Shown: positions 1 to 12,129, counted from the stretch's first letter. The stretch: DNA of 64,000 nucleotides from Stegostoma tigrinum (GCF_030684315.1 NC_081371.1:24299440-24363439); one strand, 5' to 3'. Notes: generated from the sequence alone by a model not told the origin. Numbers and translations: made by a program.

Positions 1-125
1 GGGTTAGGAGCATATAGGCAGAAAGGTAATGAATGACTGAGGCAGGCAGGCAATGCATGAGTCCCCTGAATCTTGATTGTTTGTTTATTTTCCAATTTGA
101 TTACTAGTGAGGGAGATGGCTCCTC

Positions 126-720
126 ATGGGAATGCAATCAGAGCCAAGTTTGTTTTACCATGGGAGGGTTGGCTGTAAAGGAACGGAGGAAAATGAGGGA
201 AGAACAATAGTATTTAGGGATTCCATTGTCAGAGGAATAGACAGACATTTCTACAGCAGTAAATGTGGCTTCAGGATGGTGTATTGCCTCCCTTGTGCCA
301 GGATCAAAGATGTCACAGAACAACTGCTGGACATCCTTCTGTGGGAGGGCAAGTAGTCAGAGGTGGGGTTCCACATTTGTACCAATTACATGGGTAGGAA
401 GAGATTGAGGTTCTGAAAGCAGATTTTAGGGAGTTAGGAAGGAAATTGAAAAGTAAAATATCAACAGCAGTCATCTCAGGTTACTCTCAATGCCATGAGA
501 TACTTGAGCATAGGAATAGGAGGATTTATCATTTGAACACATTGCAAGAAAATTAGTCCAGGAGGGACTGTATCAGATTTCTGAGAGCTTGGGACCAATT
601 CTTGGGCAGGTGGGAATGGCTCAAGTTAGATATATCACACTTCAACAGGAATGGGACTGATATTCGCCCAGGGAAATTTGCCAGTGCTGTTTGGGAGGGC
701 TTAAACTAGCTTGTCAGGGG
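126..720 (+). mobile_element. Degraded CR1-type LINE ORF1 fragment (SGNH esterase-like)
   Basis: Translation RTIVFRDSIVRGIDRHF...MVYCLPCARIKDV resembles the GDSIVR/CLPGA motifs of CR1 ORF1 esterase; it parallels the copy at 25.4-25.8 kb; many stops. Confidence 0.75.
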
Positions 721-877
721 ATGGGAGCCTGAGAGATAGTTCAAATCACAACAAAGATGGTAACAGAAAGTAACAAAACTGGCAAGTGAAATCAGGAAGC
801 AAATGAATTGAAGGCAAACATCAACTATGCTTAGAATGCAAAATAATGCAAAAAAAGGAACATTAAATGTGCTTTAC

Positions 878-1092
878 CACTGGTGTGTCTTGGATAGTCA
901 ATTTCACTGCCCATGTTCCCTTGCTGTGCGTGTGTCTGACAGTTGACCTCACTGCCTGCCCACATTCTCTCACAGTCCACACATGGATCATTATGCCCTT
1001 GCATGACTACCACTTCTAGGAGTTTTGCAGCTGGAGAAAAGTGCACGCTTTTAACAGGCTTTACCATCATGTTTCTATTTGATCCAGATGGA
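878..1092 (-). pseudogene. Candidate exon with RVxF-like motif followed by an ankyrin-entry-like segment (gene or relic)
   Basis: Acceptor ...aattgtag|, donor agtg|gtaaag, open 215-nt frame PSGSNRNMMVKPVKSVHFSPAAKLLEVVVMQG...IDYPRHTSG; resemblance to PP1-binding ankyrin proteins judged by eye only. Confidence 0.35.
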
Positions 1093-1539
1093 CTACAATT
1101 GCAGATTAATGTGAGTTTTGGAAATACAAACTAATGAATAAGAAGTATATTTGGAACTGATGCATGAGGCCAGTATATTACAGTACTAAAAACAGAAGAG
1201 GTTATTCAGCCCATCATGTCCATGTGAGCTCCCTGCAAGAGCAGCTCAGCTAACCCTGCTCCACTGCCCACTTTCTGTAGACCTGCAGTTCTTTTTTCTT
1301 CAACTGACCATCAAATAAGCCTGTGCTGGATGAGAAAAATATTAGGGGAACGCTACTGCATCCCATATTCAATATCCAAGTAATCCAAATCAAGCAGGAG
1401 CTCCAAACCAAATTGCAACCACAGAATTGATCTCCAGCGCATCGCAGTTGAAAGTAGCAACATCTGGATGTTCTAGAGGTTTGGATCCAGAAGTTGACCT
1501 GATGAGTGATGTTACAAAGTACAAGGTGAAACAATACCG

Positions 1540-2235
1540 ATGAGTGGGAACCTGGGCCATTTAAAAAGAAACCAAAAACCGAAAATCCATGAAAATGATT
1601 TTCTGCTCACAACTGTAAAACAGAAGAACATTTGCTTTCTTTGTCTCTAAAGTAAATTGATAAGTAGAAGGCAATGAACTAAAGGCTGTATTTGAAAGCT
1701 GAAGCCATTTGTTTGCAAACCAGCAACAAAAGATAAGACCAACGCTGAAGCATCACTTCATGTGTGCCATCTTCTGGCAAAATCATTCACAAATGGTGAA
1801 GTAATTAAAAACACAACGATTATGGCCGTTGACTCCATATTCAAAGATTTAGTGAATAAAGAAGAAATAATGGAAATCTAGAGCTTGTCATTTGGTGCTC
1901 CCACAGGAGCATGATGTGCATTATCCATTGGCATCGTTCAGCAACTACTGCAGAATCTGCCGATATGTCTGATACAGCCCAACTGATTGTGTTTTTAAGG
2001 TCATAATGACTAAGGAGGATCTTGTCACCTTTTAGCCCCTTAATGAGGTCACAAAAGGCGAGGATAACTACAATGAATTCAAAAGGCAGACGCTTGAGAT
2101 AAGCATTCTAATGATGACACACCAGATATACTTGATGCAAATGTAGGCTTTCTTGCATTTTGTAGAAACAATCCTGATTTCTACTCTTTCATCAATTACC
2201 ACAGTATAATCCACCAGCAAACATTAATAAGTAAA
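1540..2235 (+). mobile_element. hAT (Charlie/SPIN, GTF2IRD2-like) transposase remnant
   Basis: Interrupted motifs KNICFLC, ASLHVCHLLAKSFTNGEVIK, ESADMSDTAQLIVFLR (cf. DESTDxxDTAQL) and YHSIIHQQTL (cf. HCIIHQEAL). Confidence 0.8.
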
Positions 2236-2269
2236 GATAAGATGGTAGCCATCTGAATTCACATAATAA

Positions 2270-3368
2270 AGATTGGTCATTTGAGGACCCTCTGAATATT
2301 AGCCAGTGCCTGTGAGAGCACATCCCTGTGCAAGTGAGAACCTTCAAAGGAGAGAAAAATGTTAATAATCTTGGCTTGGATGCATATCAATGCAGTGGCG
2401 TAGTCGCAAATGGCTAAGACGATCCTAAATACCTGGACTCTGACCCTGAGTTTGTTAAGATTTTTATAGCTTAGATTTTTACATGGTTTCTGCCAGGAAA
2501 TCAACATGCATCCGAGGCACGGAGATTCATCAAGCATTTATCTCCATTGCAGTTGCTGCCAGACACTTCAATAAATATTGGCATTACTAGTATCAATGGT
2601 CTTTTACCATTGCAACCATAAACTGAGAAAATGTGAAGGCATAATAAATTAAGGAAACACATTTTCATAACCATCCCAGAAATGGACAATACAGTTAGCA
2701 TGTTCACATATGCACAAAATGCTCCCATTATAAATATTGAACAATCTTCAAATTCACTATACTACTGAAAAGGGACTCACAGCAGGATGAAATAATCCTT
2801 TTCCTTTTAATATCTGGATTGCTTCTTCTCTTGTACACACTTTTTCCATCCAGTACTTTGCTTGAAGCTGTAGGGTATTCCTTGATCCTTTATGCTTGGA
2901 TCTCAATTTGCAAAAGTACTCCCTCAACTTGTCATTTTCCCTGATGTATATCTCTTTGTCTGACTATATCTGTTATAATGATTTTCTCTCAGTCCACAAT
3001 TCTGAATATGGGTGCCTTACTTTTTGTTTGTAGTTTTCTTTTCAATGACATATATGTTCATTTCTTCTGTGATTTGTATGCTTGTAATTTTTCCAGTATA
3101 TGGCTCCTATATGACTGCTTCTTTCTGTGTGTTCATCTCCCTGCACTTATGCGGATCAGTTTCAAAACAACTGCCTGGAAATATGTCTGTTTGTGACTTC
3201 CTCACTCATTTGTACTTTTCTGTGTTTGTTTTGTAACTCTATGTCTTTCTACATTCTATTTTAGTTATTAGACATTTATCTCAGTAACTCACTGTATCAA
3301 TCCCCTGCTGTCTCACTTCGTTTCTATCTTGAAGCCTCCCTCTAATGAGTTTATGTTTATGTTGTTAC
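2270..3368 (-). pseudogene. Decayed exon-like segment with protein-kinase-like remnants
   Basis: Acceptor gtctcctag| at 3369/3368; A-rich broken frame, then YSEFEDCSIFIMGAFCAYV, VMKM, HIFSVYGCNGKRPLILVMP, frameshift, IVLAICDYATALICIQAKII..LHRDV, in kinase subdomain order; ends at the hAT remnant. Confidence 0.4.
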
Positions 3369-3696
3369 CTAGGAGACCACGTACAACTAGAGCACACTAA
3401 TCTTTCAACGCAGAGGTAGTTTAAATTACTGTTACTAACCATATTTTATGATTCTTCAGCTAAACATTCAGGTTACTACCTGCACCACTGTCAGCTACAA
3501 TTATTGAAAATGATTATTAAAGTGAACAACTTCAGTAACGGAGTGAATCAACTGAACTGTTTTTGCATCCAACATTTTAATCTGGGTAATATCAAGCTTT
3601 TGTTTCACTGCATGTTACTAAGGCAAAGACAATCCAGTACAAAGATGCAGGATTCTTAATATAAAATAATTTTAACCAACCTAGAGCTAAAAACAG

Positions 3697-4945
3697 AGAA
3701 AGAATAGGAACAGGAGTAGACCATTCAGCCCTTAAAGCCTGCCCTACCATCCAATGTGATCATGGCTGAACATCCTACTCAGTACTATGTTCCTGCTTTT
3801 GCCCCTTACCCTTTGATCCCTTTACCCTGAGAACTCTATCTATCTCTTTCTTGAAAACATCAAATGTTTTGGCCGAAATCACAATCTTGGTATGGAATTC
3901 CATAGGCTCACCATACTTCTGCTGAAGAAATTTCTCCTTATCTCATATCTAAATAGCCGACCCTGCATGTTTATACTGTGACTCCTGGTTTTAGCCTCCC
4001 CTGTCTTATTAAAATTTTATAGATTTCCATGAGATTCCCTCTCATTCTTCTAATCTCCAATGAATATAGTCCAAATCAACTCAGTCTTTGTTCATACATC
4101 AGACCTGCCATCCTAGGGATCAGTTTGGTAAACTTTTGTTGCACTCCTTCCACAGCCAGAATATCCTTAATCAGATAAGGAGACCAAAATCCCACACAGT
4201 ATTCCAGCTGTAGTCTCACCAAGGCCATGTACAATTGTAGCAAGATATTCCTGGTCTTGTACATGAATTCTGTCACCAAGAAGCTCATCATATCATTTGC
4301 CTTCTTCACGGCCTACTGCACTTGCATGCATACTTTCAGTGATTAGTGTACAAGGACACCCAGGTCTCATTGCACCTCCCCCATTCCCAACCTATTGCCA
4401 TTCAGATAATAATCCACTTTTTCTGCTATAGCTACCAATGTGAATAAGCACACATCCTTTTCATAGTTCACCCACCCACCCACCTTTGTGTTGTCTATAA
4501 TTTAGAGATATTACATTTAATTCCCTGATCTAAATCACTAATATATTTTGTGAATAGCTAGGGTCCAAGTACTGGTCTCTGAGATTGCCCGAGTATACAC
4601 TGGCTGTCATGCAACAAATGACCCGTTTATTCCTACACTTTGTTTCCTGTCTGCCAATCCATTCTCTATCCATGTTGGTACACTACCTCAATCTGATGTG
4701 CATTAATTTTATATTCTAATCTCTTATGTGGGGCCTTACTGAATGCCTTCGGGAAGTCCAAGTAAACCACATCCACTGGGTTCCCCTCATCAATTCTTCA
4801 AGTGACATTCTTAATGCCAATAGGTTTGTCAAGCATAATTTCTATTTTAGAAATCCACGCTGACTCTGTCCAATCCTGTCACTGTTTTCCAAGTACTCTG
4901 CTAGTAATTATTTCATGGTGGACTGTACCACTTTTCCTACTACCG
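3697..4945 (-). mobile_element. CR1 LINE 3' fragment (RT C-terminus and 3' UTR)
   Basis: ORF 4076-4309 LYMALVRLQLEYCVGFWSPYL, typical CR1 ORF2 C-terminus; 3' UTR similar to other copies in the window. Confidence 0.9.
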
Positions 4946-4949
4946 ATTT

Positions 4950-5290
4950 CAGCCTCCACTCCCTTTGAGGGGAAATGATGACCTAGTAGTATTATCGTTA
5001 GACTATAAATCCAGAGACCTCCTGGGTTCAAATTTTGCCATGGCAGATGGTGAAATTTGAATTCAATAAGTATCTGGAATTAGGAGTCTAATGATAACTA
5101 TGAAACCATTGTTGGAATAACCCATCTGGTTTACTAATGTCCATTAGGAAAGGAAACTACTGTCCTTATATGATCAGGCCTACATATAACTCCAGACAAT
5201 ATGGTTGACAGTAAACTCTGGGCAATTAGGGATGGGGAATAAATGCTGGCCTAACCAGTGATACTTACATCCTGTGAATGAATTTTTAAA
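4950..5290 (+). mobile_element. Old tRNA-derived SINE-like element
   Basis: Degenerate A box and B box (gggttcaaat); 3' part similar to the inverted copy near 37.6-37.9 kb; family not determined. Confidence 0.5.
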
Positions 5291-5334
5291 AGCTAACCAT
5301 ATATATAATTCCCATTTTCTCTCTATCCTTTTCT

Positions 5335-5960
5335 TTAAAATACAAACAGAAATTGTTTGAAAATCACAGGACGTCTGATGGCATTTGTGAAGGGAAAGCA
5401 GAACTACTGTTCTTCAGAACTGACTGTAGCTAGGAAAAGATTAGTATATATGCTAAAGAAGGGGTAGTGGGAGAGAGGAGTAAATGGTAGGTGGAGGTGG
5501 AGCCCAGAGACAGAGTGAGGAAAACACAGTTGAGTAGACAAAGGAATGGGTGAAGGTCAGTCAATGAGAATGAACAGCTGCTAATGGGGATGACAATGGG
5601 TCATATGTGGTAGCAGATCACGTGATGTAAAAGTCTGGTGTGTGGGGATTGGAATAAGGACATGGGAGGATATGCTCAGGCCTTAAAATTATTGAACTCA
5701 GTATTGAGTACAGAAGGTGCAGGGTTCCCAAATGGAAAATGAGATGGTGTTTTTCCAGCTTGCACTGAGCTTCGTTGGAGCACTGCAACAAGCCCAAGAC
5801 AGAGATTTTAGCCAGGGAAAACCATGGTGTATTGAAATGGCAGGCAGCCAGAGCTCAGGGTCATGTCTGCAGACAGAACATATCTGTTCTGCAAAGACAT
5901 TATCCAGTCTGCACTTCTCCTTAATGTAGAGGAGACAACATTGTGAGCAGTGAAAGACTC
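5335..5960 (-). mobile_element. Degraded Penelope-like element 3' fragment
   Basis: Colinear similarity to the GIY-YIG region and terminus of the 54-56 kb element (e.g. gttctgcaaag...aatgtagagga). Confidence 0.7.
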
Positions 5961-5974
5961 TTGGGAAAATCTAT

Positions 5975-7380
5975 GATGAGAGGGTATAATCTCAGAGTAA
6001 GGAATTACCCATTTAATATACAGCTGAGTGGGCATTTCTTCCCTCAGAGGGTAGTGAATTTGCGGAATTCATTGCCAAGAGAGCTATCAAGGCTGCACTT
6101 TTAAGTATACACAAGGCTGAGAATCATAGATGTTTAATTAGTAAAGGAATCAAGGGGACAAGACAGAATAAACAGAGTTGAGGATTATCAGATCAGCCAT
6201 CATCACATTGAAGGTTGATCTCATTGAATGGTGAGCAGACTCCGTGGGCAAATGGCCTGCTACACTTACATCTTATGATCTTATTAACTCAGGTACACTT
6301 CAGCTATTTTTGCTTCTTGCGTAAATGTCAGGATCTGTAGCAAAGCTAATTTTTTTTCATCCCACCTAATATCCCTTGAGAAGGTGATAGTGAGTCACTT
6401 TCTTGAATTGCTGCAATAGGAATGTCCACAGTGATAGTAGGGATGGTATACCAGGACTTTTGATACAAAGTATCAAAAGGAATGACAAGTCAGGATTGTC
6501 TATGGCTTTGTTGGGGAACATGCAGGTAGTAGTGTGGTTTCCATTCATTTGCTGCCTTTTCTTCTAGGTGATAGATTTGGAAGATGCTGTCAAAGGAATC
6601 TTGGTGAGTTGCTGCAGGGCAACTTGTATGTATTGTGCACTACTGCCACTTTCAGTCAGTGGTAGAGGAAGTGAGGTGAAGTTGGTGCATCGGGTGCTGA
6701 TTAAACACGCTTCTTCGAACTGAACAGTGTTCAAATAAAATTAGAACTGCACTCATCTGGGCAAATAAATGTGTTCCTTCACACCTGTAACATATGTCTT
6801 TCAGATGGTGGACAGGCTTTGGGAAGTCAGAAGGTAAGTAATTAGCTCAGAATTCCCAGCCTCTGTTCTCTCTTGTAGTGACAGTATTTATGTGGCTGAT
6901 TTATTTCCATTTCTGATCAATGAAAATCCCCTGTTGATAATAGAAAATGCTGTAATGCTAATGCCGTTGACTGTTGGAGATGGCACTTGTGTGATGTAAA
7001 TGTTGCTTGTCACCTTCAAGCCTAATGTTGTCCAGGTCTTGCTACAAATGGACACAGACTGCTTCAGCTTCTGAGGCATTCCAAATGGCGCTGAGTGTTG
7101 TGCTATAATCAGCAAACATCTCCACTTGTGACCTTATGATGGAGGGAAGATCATTGATGAAACAATGAAGATGGTTGTGCCAAGGACACTTCCTTAGGAA
7201 TCTCCTACAGAAATGATTTTGGGGATCGTGGTGGTTGACTTTCAACAGCCAAAACCATCTTCCTTTCTTCAGCAATGACTCCAACCAGTTGGGAGATTCA
7301 CTTAGATTCTTATTTACCCCATTTATGATACATCACATTGAAGGCACACTTGAACAAATGTCTGATATCAATGGCAATCA
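5975..7380. mobile_element. CR1 3' end (+, ~5975-6280) followed by an older LINE RT/3' fragment (-, ~6350-7380)
   Basis: cagagggtagtgaatttgcggaattc CR1 motif; minus-strand CFINDLPSIIRSQVEMFADY RT motif. Confidence 0.75.
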
Positions 7381-7977
7381 CACATATTTTCTAATCAACC
7401 AGTTCAGAAACTAGTGGGATTTGAACCTGGGCCTCTTGGCTCAAAGGTAGGCATACCACAAGAGTCCAACAGTATGGCAGTGGGGGTTGTGTAGCCATTA
7501 GTGCAACAAATCCAAATCCACTGTGTCATCGTAACCCCCAAACAAAGTCAATCAGGAGTCATTCTCATTGACATCCATCACTTTTATTTCATCATTTTAT
7601 TCTTCAAAAGGGAATAGGTTATTTGAAAGGCAGCAAGCAAAACAAAAGCAGGGAGCAGAATTTTAAATAAATGAAATAAAGAGAATGGTTCATAAACTAA
7701 GAACAGCAACTGAAGTGAGCCAGAAAGTGAATCACATAGCAAAAGAATTACAGCAAGAAAGCTTCAACACATTGAAATGTCCAGAGTTCAGCTAACATTT
7801 AGGTTGCTGAACGTCTATCTGCAGTTCACTGCAGCCAATATCAGCGTCATCCTGCACTGGAAGCTGTTGGTCCAAACTCAGAGCCAGGAAATCAGACCCT
7901 CTCCCCATAACCAGGCCCGGCCCAGCCCAGGGTACAGGAGGTGGCTGACACGGGGCAGCAGAACCAACGGAAAAGGG

Positions 7978-8110
7978 AGAAACAAAAACAGAAATTTCTG
8001 TTCTGAGGACGGTTCACTGGTCCCGAAACGTTAAGTCTGATTTTTTTCTTCACAGACGCTGCCAGAGCTGCTGAGCTTTTCCAGCAGCTCCTGTTTTTGT
8101 TCCAGAAATG
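7978..8110 (+). mobile_element. PLE terminal fragment with degenerate hammerhead core
   Basis: ctgagga...cccgaaacgtt (8003-8032) followed by PLE-type terminus gctgccagagctgctgagcttttccagc. Confidence 0.55.
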
Positions 8111-8220
8111 GCAGCATGTGTGGGGAGCAAGCACAATTAACCTCGAAGGGTCAGTGCTGACTCAATGGGCTGCTTCCACACCATAGGGACTCTATGAAGC
8201 TCAGTGACATTCTCTTACTC

Positions 8221-8359
8221 AGATAACGATGTGTGGACCTGAATACGCACAGCAGGCCAAGCAGTATCTTAGGAGCACAATGCTGCTTGGCCTGCTGTGT
8301 TCATCCAGCTCCACACTTTGTTATCTCGGACTCTCCAGCATCTGCAGTTCCCATTATCT
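8221..8359. mobile_element. Miniature hairpin PLE derivative
   Basis: Inverted copies of the PLE terminus (cacagcaggccaagca / tgcttggcctgctgtg) with ~30-nt extra tail on the right; degenerate TSD gacattctc(tta/ctc)ctcagat at 8206-8224 and 8364-8382. Confidence 0.85.
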
Positions 8360-8459
8360 GTGGGACATTCTCCTCCTCAGATGGTGTTCACACTGAAAAA
8401 AACAGGATCGACCTGAACATCGCATGCTACATACTTCCAGCACATATAGATCCCAGGAA

Positions 8460-8860
8460 GGCACGACTTCAACCACCAGACCCGGCCAGTCAACCACCGA
8501 GCCCCGCCCCCAGTCAATTCCATTAACCATCAAACCACGCCCCCGGTCGCTTCCATGAACCACGCCCCCGATCATGTCCATCAACCACCGAGTTCCTCCC
8601 CCGGTCTCACCCATAAACCACTGTACCACGCCCCCAGTGACGCCCATCAGCAGTCCCGCCCCCTTGAGACAAATACCGTCCAGTCTGTTCTTGAAGCGGC
8701 TGACATTGTTTGTTGTCCAATGATTGTAGAGATTGTTGGAGGGTGGAAACGGTTGTACCGGGAGACAGAAGGCGCCATGTTTTGGGTAAGGACACTCAGG
8801 AGCGGATCCCGGTTCCTACAAGGTCGGAATCTAGGGAAGCCCTCGGTCAGGAGGTGAGAG
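8460..8860 (+). promoter_or_regulatory. CpG-rich promoter-like island with putative first exon
   Basis: About five SP/KLF boxes (ccacgccccc, cccgcccc) at 8500-8665, CCAAT at 8717, YY1/Kozak gcgccATGtt at 8772-8781, donor AG|GTGAGA at 8853/8854; CpG-rich within a CpG-poor region. Confidence 0.6.
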
Positions 8861-8951
8861 CTGTTTCATTAATGAGATAATTAAGCAAATTCACGCTGTG
8901 ACCATTGTTAGTGGGAAGAGGGGTAGAGAGATTGTACATGAATCGACAGAT

Positions 8952-9092
8952 GAGATAGTAGGAACTGCGGATGCTGGAGAGTCCGAGATAACGAAGTGTG
9001 GAGCTGGATGGACACAGGAGGCCAAGTAGCATTACTGCTCCTAAGATGCTGCTTGGCCTGCTGTGTTCATCCAGCTCCACACTTTGTTATCT
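8952..9092. mobile_element. Miniature hairpin PLE derivative
   Basis: Same inverted PLE termini as 8221-8359, with the tail on the left arm. Confidence 0.85.
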
Positions 9093-9339
9093 TAGTTTGA
9101 AAGTGCATGCAGGTTTTCAGAATACTATGATGAAGAATCCTCATCTGTTGAAGTTTCCTGTGTATTGTGAAGGACATTGCCGCGGGACATTTCGTTCAGT
9201 TGCACCATGCTGTCCACTTGTCTTCTTGGAGAAACTCTGCTGATCAGACGTCAGTAGGGGTTGCATGAAACATTTTTGTAATCTTGCAGAAAACAAAAAA
9301 TCGTTTTGAATAGTTTTCTGGGGAGACTAGCAAAGTCAT

Positions 9340-9460
9340 GGGGCGGCACGGTGGTTAGCACTGCTGTCTCAGAGGGCCAGGGAGCTGGGTTCAATTCCAG
9401 CCTCGGGCGACTATCTGTGTGGAGTTTGTACATTCTCCCCGTGTCTGCGTGAGTTTCCTC
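9340..9460 (+). mobile_element. HE1/V-SINE-type tRNA-derived SINE 5' part
   Basis: ggcggcacggtggttagcactgctg...gggttcaattccagcc...tgtggagtttgtacattctccccgtgtctgcgtg: pol III boxes plus V-domain-like sequence recognised from the elasmobranch HE1 family. Confidence 0.8.
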
Positions 9461-10455
9461 TGTCACCAGCAGTGTTCCACAGGGATAGGCCCTGTGAACT
9501 CGTTTGTTTGTCACTTATATAAATGATTTGGAGGAGAACGTGGAAGGTATGGTTAATAAGTTTGCAGATGACACCAAATTTGTGGCATACAGTGAAGAAG
9601 GTTTTCTGAATTTACTTAATGGATCTTGATGAGATGGGTCAATGGGCTGAAAAATGGCAGATGGAATTCAAACTGGATAAATGTGAGGTATTGCATTTTA
9701 TACAACAAACAAGCGCAGGGTTTGTACAGTGAATTGTAGTGCTTTGGGTAGTGTTGTAGAACTGAGGGACCTAGTGTTGCAGGTACATAATTCTTTTAAG
9801 TATGCATCGTAAACAGACAAAGGTGGTTAAAAAGGCATTTGGCACACTTAACCTTCATTGCTCAGTCCTTTTGAGCCATATGAGTTGCAAACTCTTGTTG
9901 ATGTTTTACAGAACATTGGTGAGACCTCTTCTGGAATACTGTGTCCAATTCTGTTCACCCAGGTATAGAAAGGATGTTATTAAGCTGAAGAGGGTTTAGA
10001 AAATAATTACCAGAATGTTGCCGGATATGGAAGGTTTGAGTAATAGACAAAGGCTGGATAGGCTAGGAAATTTTTCACTGGAACATAGGTTGAGAGGTGA
10101 CCTTACAGAAGTTTATAAAATTGTGAGTGGATACATAGAGTTAATGGTAGGTGTCTTTTGCCTAGGATGGGGTTTTCAAGACTAGGGAACATGTTTTTAA
10201 GGGAACAAGAGAGTGATTTTAAGAAAAAGAGGCTTTTTTTTAAAAGAGGGTGGTTTGTATGTGGAACAAACCTCCTGAGGAAATGGTGGATGTGGATAAC
10301 ATTGTGATGTTTAAAAGACATTTGAATAAGTAGGTGAATAGGAAAGGTTTGGAGGGATATGGGCCAGGAACAGGTAGGTGGAATAGTTCAGTTTGGGATT
10401 AGGTTCGGCATGGGCTAGTGGGACCAAAGGTTGTTTTTGTGCTGTGTGATTCTAT
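9461..10455 (+). mobile_element. CR1 LINE 3' fragment
   Basis: KFADDTK and YRTLVRPLLEYCVQFCSP motifs; 3' end gctgtgtgattctata. Confidence 0.9.
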
Positions 10456-11222
10456 AACACAATGTGCAAACTTCTTGGCAGCTGTAGTAGGGAAGACAAT
10501 GTCACCAATTTCTTAAGTGTACTTTTGCAAAACACTCAAATGCAGTCCTTTCTGTTGAGGTTCACCCTGAGCATGTCTAAACTTATATTTAATACAAGGC
10601 ACTTTTGTTTCAATATGCAACAGACCATCTAAATAAATATCAACTGGAGAATCGTCAATTTTAGGCACACTTTAGTCTGCCTGAAAAAATATTGCTGTTC
10701 CAATGCAAAGAGTTAACCATGGCTGAATGCAGACTTGAACACTTCCAAGTCTCAGGACTATGAATGAAGAATGACCATAAGTTAGGGGCACCTGCTGCAT
10801 GGGTCATTGGGCAAGTCCACAGTGTAAGCTCCTCCTGTCATGGTACACCACTGATATTGTAACATAGTTGTACAAATTTTGAGTAAATTGTTTTTTAGAA
10901 TTCTTGCAAAAAAATTGTACATTTTTATACAATATCGGGATAGCCTTATGAGCTTCACAGTCAATTGGGCATTTTCGAAAATGCAATCACTGTTGTGCTG
11001 TAGGAAATGTAACTCAGAAATGACAGGAAGCCAATGGCATTTCTAATCTTTGACCATTTTCTTTCCCTAATTTTAGAACTCATAGCTTTGGCCCACTTTG
11101 TAAATGAATGAGTCTAGGTGCTTTAAAGGAAACACTATGTAGATATGTTTCACTACCTCTGCTGACATATGATAGATGTCACGAGCTTTCCTTCTATTCC
11201 AGTAACATTAAAGTATGCCTAC

Positions 11223-12129
11223 CTTGCTGTCAGATTCTGGGCCAGGCACAACATCTGTGTTTAAAGTTTCTATGCCTGTGAAAATCATAAAGGCTTTTAT
11301 TGAAGATCCTTCCTCCTTCACCGGCTATCTGTCTCCAGAGACAATGAAACAGAATAGACTGTCTTTCTTATCCCTTTGTTCAAGAATCAACATTATAGCT
11401 GTCCCTTTATATTCCCTCCAATGATTGTCCTTCCTATCAAAAGAAAAACGTACAGAATTGAACAAATGTTCCAGATGTAACAGGTTCCAAAAAGATTGTT
11501 TAAATGGCCTAAAAATCGAAGCCCAACAATTCTTTCCAACCATTGTTTATATGTTTGAAACAATCAATGGTCCTTCTTATTCTTTAGAACTCTGTTTCGT
11601 TTTGGGATTTTGCATTTGTTGACATTGAGGTTCTCCAATGGTTTAGTGAAATTTGACGTTTCCTTGGCAATTTTATCAGGGTTTATTAATCTCCCTATTT
11701 GTAAATTCATGACAATATTGATGTGTCTGGTCACATTTTCTAATGTATTTTTTATCTTAACCCTTCTTTCCCAGAGCTGGTGGTGGGCCACATATTGAGC
11801 CCCAATATCGACAGTATCCACAACTGACCAAGAAGCAAGTACTGGAGGCTGAGTTTCTCAGTGGTTTCATGTGGTTCTGGATTTTCTGGCACCTATGGCA
11901 CGATCCTGATGCAGTCCTTGTGAGTACGTTATGAATCTCCAGTATTTCTTGTAGCATCTTACGATCTTCATTTTACAGTTTTAAAAAGAATGAAGATTCA
12001 TGTTTTGCTTTGCTATTAACATTCACTGTCAATTTACCATTTGTTAAAGAGTTTTGTAAAAATAAGTGAATGTACTTTGCCAGTTTTAGAAATTCCATTG
12101 TTTCCTGGTTATTCTTCAGTGCAATATCT
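11223..12129 (-). pseudogene. Large decayed exon of an unidentified gene
   Basis: Pyrimidine-rich acceptor ...aattgacag| (12130/12129), donor aag|gtaggc (11223/11222); four tiled ORFs (11973-12158, 11757-11957, 11564-11821, 11325-11543) joined by isolated stops and two compensating frameshifts. Confidence 0.45.

Noticed and set aside
9340-9410. tRNA gene
   Set aside because: The pol III boxes belong to a SINE head followed by V-domain-like sequence; no complete cloverleaf.
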